Below are positions 24,820-31,333 of a stretch of 31,333 nt of DNA, in pieces. The notes below the pieces were generated by a model. The model made no database searches and was not told the DNA's origin. It saw only the letters and a list, made by a program, of their open reading frames with translations. The position numbers and the translations under genes are program-made. Source of the DNA: Candidatus Micrarchaeota archaeon (GTDB taxonomy: Archaea > Micrarchaeota > Micrarchaeia > Anstonellales > J096). The stretch lies in contig JAPLWW010000045.1 in assembly GCA_026396375.1 (NCBI GenBank), positions 1 through 31,333 of the forward strand. The letters are read 5' to 3'. How positions within the stretch are numbered: position 1 is the first letter of the stretch; each line of letters starts with the position of its first letter.

Positions 24820-25649
24820 TGGCCATCACCGCGCGTGCGGGCCCTGCTGCGCATGCGCTTTTCGTCTGCAGCAGCCACAAGCCCCGATTCCCTCAGCGCT
24901 TCATATGGGCTGTCATTGTAGTAATTGGTGAGCAAGCCGCAGAGGCGGTTTGAATAGAAATCATTCTTGGTCATGTCGGAAGCCTTTTTCCTGAGCTTCT
25001 TGACGAGACAGGTTATCGCTTCTATGCGGTTTTTCTTTGAATGATACAAACCATTGGGAGCCTTGAGCATCTCCCAGGGATGCATCCTGTAGCCCGCTTC
25101 CCTGAGGGCATCATACGAGCTGCCGTTATAATAATTCAAAAGGAGGCCAAATAGGCGGTTTGAACGGAAATCACCATAGGTAATGTCGCGGGGATCTTTG
25201 CCGATTTTCCGGACAAGCCATCTTACTGCCTCTATGCGGTTTTTCTTTTTTTCGTAGAAACTCTTCGGGGTGCCAGACATTTCCCACGGATGGAAATCAT
25301 AGCCTGCTTCCCTGAGGGCATCGTATGGGCTGTCATTGTAATACCTGCTCATCAGGCCAGAGAGGCGGTTTGAGTAGAAATCACCGTAGATCATGTCGCG
25401 GGGATCCTTTTTCAGCACTTCTTCCGCAAGGAAGCGTATTGCATCCCTGCGCACATTTGGGCTGTCTTCCCATTTGCCTTTGGTTAGGATGAATCCCCCA
25501 TTCCCTGTTCTCCTATACCAGCCGTGCTGTATCCAGAAATCATCCATCGTGCATTTGAGCCTGGATTCAGGATCCTGCTTGAACTTTCCAAACTGCCTGT
25601 CCTTCGGATGAACAAGCATAGGAGATTTCCTTTTCAGTTGGAGGTTCAT
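24816..25649 (-). CDS. Repeat protein with three ~70-aa units (DUF4046-like)
   Basis: MDDFWIQHGWY header plus three units ending YYNDSPYDALREAGY..HPWEM. TTTTTAAA box about 25 nt upstream on the minus strand. Confidence 0.75.
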   Translation of the reverse strand: MNLQLKRKSPMLVHPKDRQFGKFKQDPESRLKCTMDDFWIQHGWYRRTGNGGFILTKGKWEDSPNVRRDAIRFLAEEVLKKDPRDMIYGDFYSNRLSGLMSRYYNDSPYDALREAGYDFHPWEMSGTPKSFYEKKKNRIEAVRWLVRKIGKDPRDITYGDFRSNRLFGLLLNYYNGSSYDALREAGYRMHPWEMLKAPNGLYHSKKNRIEAITCLVKKLRKKASDMTKNDFYSNRLCGLLTNYYNDSPYEALRESGLVAAADEKRMRSRARTRGDGQ

Positions 25650-25731
25650 ATGTTCTATTTGTGTATAGAACTGTTTAAAAATGAATATTCATTCATTTCC
25701 CCTTTTTGCATAAATTCAATGAAAAACAAGG

Positions 25732-26385
25732 TCATCCTATCTGGCTTTTTATGTCCTGCTCGCTCATGAATTGCCCATTTACCCTGTCATTGACTATTAT
25801 CGTTGGGTAATTCGTGTAATAATAGGCCTGCTTGAGCATGCCAACTATCGTTGAATCGTTGGATGATGAGCCGTCGAAAGAGTAGATCCTTATCTTGTCC
25901 GAGCTGTTTTGATAGGCAGTCCTGAGGTACCAAAGCTCCTTTCCCTCTTCCGCGCACTTCGGGCACTCATTGTCCTTGTTTGAATAGATGTAGATTATGT
26001 TCTCTATACTTTCGTTGCAGATTTCAACCGCCTTCTTTGCCATCAGCATGTCCCTGTATTCCAATTGGTAGTACTTGAACTTGATATTGGGATCAAACGC
26101 CTTCTTTCCCTGCTCCAGGTACTCAAGCTGCTCCCCTATGGCCCATGTCTCGTTGTCGAATTTCGGGTAAAGGCTGTTGTACATGCTGCAGAACAGTTCC
26201 GGCTTTGACTCTGAATTAAGGAGCAACTGCATGTTCATCATGTTGTCGTTTGCATTGTCTATCTGGGAAATGATCGGATTGCTGACTGTGCTTGAGACAT
26301 AGTAGCCTATGGCGGCCCCTGAAAAGAATATCAGCGCTGTTGCGATGAACGTTATTATATATATCTCCCATGTCCACATCCTCAT
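25732..26385 (-). CDS. Membrane-anchored protein with C-terminal thioredoxin-like CxxC domain
   Basis: N-terminal TM helix (IYIITFIATALIFFSGAAIGYYV), then IIYIYS...ECPKCAEEG...IRIYSFD...YPTIIVN. Confidence 0.6.
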   Translation of the reverse strand: MRMWTWEIYIITFIATALIFFSGAAIGYYVSSTVSNPIISQIDNANDNMMNMQLLLNSESKPELFCSMYNSLYPKFDNETWAIGEQLEYLEQGKKAFDPNIKFKYYQLEYRDMLMAKKAVEICNESIENIIYIYSNKDNECPKCAEEGKELWYLRTAYQNSSDKIRIYSFDGSSSNDSTIVGMLKQAYYYTNYPTIIVNDRVNGQFMSEQDIKSQIG

Positions 26386-26389
26386 AACA

Positions 26390-27634
26390 TCACCTTGTGC
26401 TCCATTTCCTTTCGCTTCCCATTATCTCCTTGATCAAGCTTGAGACCCAAATGTACGGCCAAAGGTAGCCGAAAAGGAACAAATATGAAAATACTTCCGG
26501 GAATTCCTTTATAACATTGAGTTTTTTCTCGTTTGCGCGCTCCCTTATGCTGTTGACCATGTAGACAAGCCAAAGGAAAGTCACGCTGACCATCGATGCG
26601 GTTATTATCAGCAAGGGGTCTGAAAGGAACCCAAGCGCGAAATTCCCGAAGCCTATCCTGTCCATCCACATCATCTGGGGCTTGAAAAAGCTGTAGATTA
26701 TCGAGGAAATCATTATGATGGATGGTATGAACACCATGATATCCGTCATCATCCCGAAATAAAGGAAATCCCCGTAGTCTGTGCTGAAAAGGTCCTTGTG
26801 CTTTATCCTGTTCCAGATCCCTCCCCTCACCCATCTTATCCTTTGCTTGATAAGCATGTTCAGGTTTGGCATTGCCGAGGTGTACACAAAAGCGTCAAGC
26901 GCGCACCTTATCTTGTGCCCTGCCTTCTGGAGCTTTAGGGCTACTTCCTGGTCTTCTGTAAGGCTGTTGATGTCAAAGCCCCCTATCTTCTTCATATCCT
27001 CTGTCTTGAACATGCTCAGGCCTCCGGGAGTGACATAGATGGAATCAACCGCCATCATCAGCCTTCTCAGGAAAAGTATCGAGTCATACTCTATTGCCTG
27101 GACCTTCTCGACAACGATCTAAGGATCCCTCACCCTAATGTCTGCGGTGACTGCAGAGACATTCTCCTCCTCAAAATAATAGCTGAGCTTCCTGAAGGCA
27201 TCCCTATCAACGACAGAATCTGAGTCCAGGGTTGCGACCAGCTCTCCATTTGCCACGAATATCCCCGTGTTCTTGGTATCCGAGGTTCCTGAGTTCTTCT
27301 CCTTTTTTATGGCCTTGAAGCCGTATTTCCCGTATTCCTTCGCTATCTCATGGCTGTTGTCCTTTGATCCGTCATCAACAATCAGCACTTCTAGCTTTTC
27401 CTTCGGATAGCTGCAGTTGCGTATTGAATCAAGGGTTTTCCTCAATGCCTCCCCTTCGTTGTAAACTGGGATGACTATAGATAATGTAGGAAGGTCCTTG
27501 TCCTCAAGCTCCTTTGGCTTGAAATGGATTATGCTGTGCTTCAATGCAAAAAGGACAACAAATGTAATTGTAAGATATAGCAGTATGAATGCCGATATGT
27601 ATAATACGATTGTTATTATCTCCATCTTCTCCAA
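26390..27634 (-). pseudogene. Processive GT2 glycosyltransferase (cellulose synthase/PgaC/IcaA-like) split by one in-frame TAG at 27119-27121
   Basis: VIPVYNE, VDDGSKD and LDSDS lie before the stop; TPG, TED and QRIRW plus TM helices lie after it. The frame is unchanged across RVRDP*IVVEKVQAIEY. Confidence 0.85.
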
Positions 27635-27734
27635 TATCTTCTCCTTATATTTTTAAAGCCTTTGAAATTGCATGGTAAAAAATGTCCATTGATATCCATA
27701 GTACCTTTTTAAACTTTTTCAAGGATATGGAGCT

Positions 27735-28262
27735 ATGGATTCTGCCAATATTGTGGAGATGATAAACAGCGGAAAGCTTGATTCAGCGGAGTCCATAATA
27801 GAGGAAACGATAAAGATCAACAGGTCAAATGCAGATGCATGGTTCCTGAAAGGCCTTGTTTCCCTTTCAAGGCAGAACTATGACGGCGCTATAGAGTGCC
27901 TCATGCAGTCAAAGGGATTCGGCAAGGACGATGATTACGTCAAAAGGTCCCTAGGTTACTCTTATTTCTCTTTGTTCAAGATGGACGAATCAATACCTTA
28001 TTTTGCCAAAATAAAGAAAAAATCCATAGACGATTTTTTCATGCTCGGCATCGCATACCTTCTCATAAACGATCCCATGTCATCCAAGGAATACATAAGG
28101 TCAGCTTACAACATTGACGCTTCAAGGACAAAGGAGCTGATGAAGCTTTTCTACATATCCTTCATCCATCCTTCTGAACTCGTGAGCGACAAGGAAAAGA
28201 GGGACATAGTCTCGAAGATAAACGCCCTTGCCAACGAGTCGATAGGAAAAGGGAAGAGATGA
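27735..28262 (+). CDS. TPR-containing protein
   Basis: ADAWFLKGLVSLSRQNYDGAIECL, SLGYSYFSL...SI.YF and FMLGIAYL are TPR consensus segments. Confidence 0.75.
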   Translation: MDSANIVEMINSGKLDSAESIIEETIKINRSNADAWFLKGLVSLSRQNYDGAIECLMQSKGFGKDDDYVKRSLGYSYFSLFKMDESIPYFAKIKKKSIDDFFMLGIAYLLINDPMSSKEYIRSAYNIDASRTKELMKLFYISFIHPSELVSDKEKRDIVSKINALANESIGKGKR

Positions 28263-28290
28263 TTTAGGAAACAAGATCGCGAGCCGTCAC

Positions 28291-28626
28291 CTACGCCAAT
28301 TTTAATCCATTCCTGACCTTTCTTTCAGGAATGGCCAGAACAACGTCCCCATTGTCCAAGACAAACCCTGTTGTAAGCACCTCGGAAATGAAATTGCCGA
28401 TCTGTTTTGGAGGAAAATTAATGACGCAAAGAACTTGCTTATTCAACAAATCCTCCTTCCTGTAAAGCTTTGTGATTTGGGCGCTTGACTTTTTGGTTCC
28501 ATATTCGCCGAAATCTATCAACAATTTATAAGCGGGCTTTTTGGCTTCAGGGTAATCCTCTGCCTTGATTATTGTGCCTATTCTAAGCTCCACTTTTTCA
28601 AAATCATCCCAGGTTATCATGATCAT
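28291..28626 (-). CDS. csaA: CsaA / Trbp111-type tRNA-binding OB-fold protein
   Basis: [44 protein letters not shown]...[25 protein letters not shown]. Confidence 0.9.
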   Translation of the reverse strand: MIMITWDDFEKVELRIGTIIKAEDYPEAKKPAYKLLIDFGEYGTKKSSAQITKLYRKEDLLNKQVLCVINFPPKQIGNFISEVLTTGFVLDNGDVVLAIPERKVRNGLKLA

Positions 28627-28645
28627 AATCTAAGATAAGCGATTT

Positions 28646-29161
28646 TTATCCTTTTCTCCTGTAGTGCTTCCTGACATCCCCCTCGGACCATGGCTTCGAG
28701 TCCTCCATGGACAATCCCAAAAGGTCAACTGCATGCCTTATCTTCTCTATGCTGGGGGCCTCAATTTCCAGATAGCAGGGTAGATCTACTATCTTGTCTA
28801 TCTCAAAATGGATATCCCCCAACACATACGTCATCCGGTATTTTCTTCTTCTCACGATTTCCCTGTAGCCCAGGTTATGGAGAATGTTCCTAATCTCCTG
28901 GAAATCGCCAACTTGGCTTTCCTTTTCCTCCATCACTTTTGCATTGAGCACGCTTATCCATTTCTTCAATGTCAGCTCTGAGACATCCCCCTTTTTCCTT
29001 AGCCTCAGTATGATTCCTTTTTTCTTCAGCTCCTTTTTTCCAGTGTCAAAATAAAGGGCCTCAATGTTTCCCTCAAATGATTTTTTCGCTCCAAGAGATT
29101 TGAGCTTTTCAATGATCTTTTCCTTGTCTATTTCCAGGAACTTTACTTCAATTTCCCTCAT
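28646..29161 (-). CDS. cyaB: CYTH-domain protein (class IV adenylate cyclase / triphosphate tunnel metalloenzyme)
   Basis: MREIEVK (ExExK), YFD, LRLR, LTLK, EKE, KYR...FEID...YLEIE. Confidence 0.85.
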   Translation of the reverse strand: MREIEVKFLEIDKEKIIEKLKSLGAKKSFEGNIEALYFDTGKKELKKKGIILRLRKKGDVSELTLKKWISVLNAKVMEEKESQVGDFQEIRNILHNLGYREIVRRRKYRMTYVLGDIHFEIDKIVDLPCYLEIEAPSIEKIRHAVDLLGLSMEDSKPWSEGDVRKHYRRKG

Positions 29162-29206
29162 GGATCCATTGGGTGTGAAGTGCTTAAAAACTCTTGCGGT
29201 GCGCCC

Positions 29207-30631
29207 TCACAAAACATTCGCCGGTATTGTCAGCCCCCTGCGAAGCTTGGACAGGTCCTTTGGCGCGGGTATCGCTCTCCTGAATCTTTCAGCATCCCTT
29301 ATTCCGATGCGGTTTCCTTTTCCCTTTTCCCTGAACCAGCTCACGCACGGCTTGCATGTGTTTCCCATTCCCCTTTTTCCTGCAATGATCATGCCTTTCG
29401 CGTCCTCCTTCATCTGCTTTGTTATTTCGCCGATGTTTTCATCTGTCGCATTCCTGATGGATCCGAGCCTTAGGAAATTCGAGGCAAATGTGCAACAGCT
29501 TGGGATTACTGCGCCATCTGGCATAAGGCCGAATTCCCCATCGCTGCAGTTTGAGACTCCCCTGTTGCAGTCCCAGGATGTCATCATGCAGTAGCTGTTG
29601 CCGTCTTCCTTCCTGCCTTTGAAATATTCATTCATCCTACTGCTGATGATTCCATGGTTTTTCACGGCGTTCCCCATGCACCAAAGCCCTCCCCTATAAT
29701 AGACATTGCTCGGGAATTTCATTGAATCTTCGCGCATTATGCCGAATTCCGCGAGAATGTCCGCAAGCATGACCTTCCTGTTCTGGATGCTCTTCCGCCA
29801 TTTGCCGTCCTTGCAGGGCATCAGGCTTATGCCTTCAAAGCGCGGAACTGCGCTTATGCCATTTTCAATGAAGAACCTGAGCGTCCTTCCTGCGATCTTT
29901 ATGTCATGCGTGAAGCTCCTGGCGCTTATGCTGATCCTGATCCTTGACTTGTCAAAATCGCCAAGCCCTGCGATTTTTTCGGCTGCAGACATTTCAGTTT
30001 GTGTTCTGATTCCGGACGTTATTATGTAAATCAGGGCATGGGGGAACCTTTCAAGAATAAGCTTTACAGCATCGCCAAGGTCTTTCCCATCGCTGTTGTA
30101 AACAAAAGGCTCGCCATAGGTTATTGAAAGGTGCTTGCGCACGGAAATAAGGCCCAGGTAGTGTTCCAGGTCCTTGAACGGCATTTGCCCCAATGACATG
30201 TCAGACAGCACTGCGCAGTGCAGGCAATGCCTGTTGCACCTTTCGGTTATTGCAATCGCCGATATAGGCAGCTTTTGAGTTCCTGCCGATATTTCCTCAT
30301 CAAGCGCCATTTTCCTGAGCTCCTCAAGCCTGGCATCAAAGTTTATGATTTTTTCCTTGCGCCTTTTCATTATCCTGTATATCTCAATCATCTTCCTTTT
30401 CTGCCATTCCTTAAGCATTGCGAATTGCTCTTTCATTTCCTTATGGTAAACGCCCTTGGCAAGCCCCATGAACATCTTATGCACAGGAGAGCCCCTTGGC
30501 TCGAACGCGATGCCATTCTCATAAAGGGAAACTGAGGTTTTTGTGGGCAAGCCGCTGTACACGAGCGGCATTTCCTTCCATATCGCGTTTTTCATTTTTT
30601 CACATCCAATCAAAGAGTTTCTTTTTGCCAT
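29207..30631 (-). CDS. Radical SAM protein with Cys-rich SPASM/Twitch-like C-terminus
   Basis: ITERCNRHCLHC (CxxxCxxC) and SITYGEPF. C-terminal C...C...CSDGEFGLMPDGAVIPSCC...LGSI...CKPC. Confidence 0.8.
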   Translation of the reverse strand: MAKRNSLIGCEKMKNAIWKEMPLVYSGLPTKTSVSLYENGIAFEPRGSPVHKMFMGLAKGVYHKEMKEQFAMLKEWQKRKMIEIYRIMKRRKEKIINFDARLEELRKMALDEEISAGTQKLPISAIAITERCNRHCLHCAVLSDMSLGQMPFKDLEHYLGLISVRKHLSITYGEPFVYNSDGKDLGDAVKLILERFPHALIYIITSGIRTQTEMSAAEKIAGLGDFDKSRIRISISARSFTHDIKIAGRTLRFFIENGISAVPRFEGISLMPCKDGKWRKSIQNRKVMLADILAEFGIMREDSMKFPSNVYYRGGLWCMGNAVKNHGIISSRMNEYFKGRKEDGNSYCMMTSWDCNRGVSNCSDGEFGLMPDGAVIPSCCTFASNFLRLGSIRNATDENIGEITKQMKEDAKGMIIAGKRGMGNTCKPCVSWFREKGKGNRIGIRDAERFRRAIPAPKDLSKLRRGLTIPANVL

Positions 30632-30723
30632 TGTTGGTCATTGTCTTATTGTGTTCATATATGTTTAAAAATGAAGGTTGCCAGGGCCAGCGGCTTTGCA
30701 CAAATATTAGACCTTTTCAGGTC

Positions 30724-31333
30724 TCAACCGTGAATTAATGTGCAGCGGGGCGAGAATTTCCTTTTTATCATGCTAAACGTGCTTTCCACATTACTGCGCT
30801 TATGATACCTTTCCATGAACTCTTGCTCATAGTACCGGAAGTACAAGTACATCTTGCGCCATGTATGATTGCCTTTCGCCCTTCCTGTAGCATTTGACTT
30901 GAACGGAATGTATGGGACAGCCCCTACTTCAAAGACCTTTTCCATGTTTTCCCTGCTGGAATAGGCTTTGTCTGCCGAAACCTCCTTTATATTGAAATGC
31001 TCTGCCGTCTTTCCGACCAGATCTGAGAACTGCGGGCTGTCCGCAGCATGCCCATCCGTAACAGTAATAGCCGTAATTATGTTGGTTTTGATACCACATA
31101 TCACATGTATCTTTATCCATTCATGAGTCTTATTTTCATTTCCTTCTGTTTTCCCGAACTTATAGTCAAACCATCTGGAATAGAAGGCTGAACTCAGTCC
31201 GCTTGCATCTACTGAGACGGATTACTCAAGGTCCCTCAACGGCATGGCGGATAGCCTGATTAAGTCTTTAAGTATAGAGACCATTGCAGGGCTGTTGAAA
31301 TAATTGAGGAGGGTGTTGAAGTGAGGGACCTTT
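30724..31333 (-). mobile_element. Decayed IS5/IS4-superfamily DDE transposase (5' part outside the window, in-frame TAA at 31222-31224, truncated C-terminus)
   Basis: KVPHFNTL...LSAMPLRDLE*SVSVDASG...WIKIH...AITVTDGHAADSPQF...VSADKAYSS...YHKRSNVESTFSMIKRKF. Homology appears to stop after KRKF (about 30754). Confidence 0.85.

Noticed and set aside
23749-25649. CRISPR array or diversity-generating retroelement as the source of the repeats
   Set aside because: The repeats are in-frame coding units diverged at synonymous sites, with no constant repeat/unique spacer pattern. There is no reverse transcriptase, no cas gene, and no adenine-specific TR/VR pair.
152-30738. Numerous antisense and alternate-frame ORFs of 60-220 aa (e.g. 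152-604, 2969-3562, 6879-7550, 26382-26834, 29064-29594)
   Set aside because: They lie wholly over well-supported genes, lack recognisable motifs or RBSs, and have the composition expected of shadow ORFs.
30677-30755. Possible tRNA or other structured RNA
   Set aside because: I could not fold a cloverleaf: there is no T-loop (GTTCRA) or D-loop consensus and no matching acceptor stem.
84-31224. Stop-codon reassignment (TAA/TAG to Gln) or pyrrolysine readthrough as the explanation for the in-frame stops
   Set aside because: Conserved genes end at the expected length with TAG (ackA, pcc1) and TAA (rps27e, DUF35, ACP), often coupled to the next start. No pyl genes are in the window.

Overview
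This is an archaeal window, most likely DPANN/Micrarchaeota-like. That placement is inferred from the archaeal informational genes, GGTGA/GAGGT RBSs, TTTTTAAA TATA boxes, an 'LLFGC' lipobox and AMP phosphorylase. It has four parts. (1) 1-8926 is an accessory block of ankyrin, TPR-like and unknown helical-repeat proteins plus a bacterial-type hybrid histidine kinase. (2) 8992-16326 is a conserved superoperon: rpl44e-rps27e-eIF2a-nop10-PAC2 joined to SBDS-rrp4-rrp41-rrp42-rpl37ae-rpoP-Brix-pcc1-pfdB-DHH. In it, rrp42 carries a frameshifting deletion, and the RpoP homologue has no cysteines. (3) 17236-23421 is metabolic: AMP phosphorylase, then pta-ackA-acpS converging on thiolase-DUF35-ACP. This is the best candidate for an undescribed system: an acyl-carrier-protein-based acetyl transfer module in an archaeon, with an atypical basic ACP (HAKS instead of GxDS) and matching substitutions in Pta and AcpS. 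(4) 23749-31333 is accessory: two proteins built from ~70-aa repeats, a GT2 gene split by one TAG, TPR, CsaA, CYTH, a radical SAM protein and a decayed IS5-like transposase. All family assignments come from motif recognition by eye; no database search was run.
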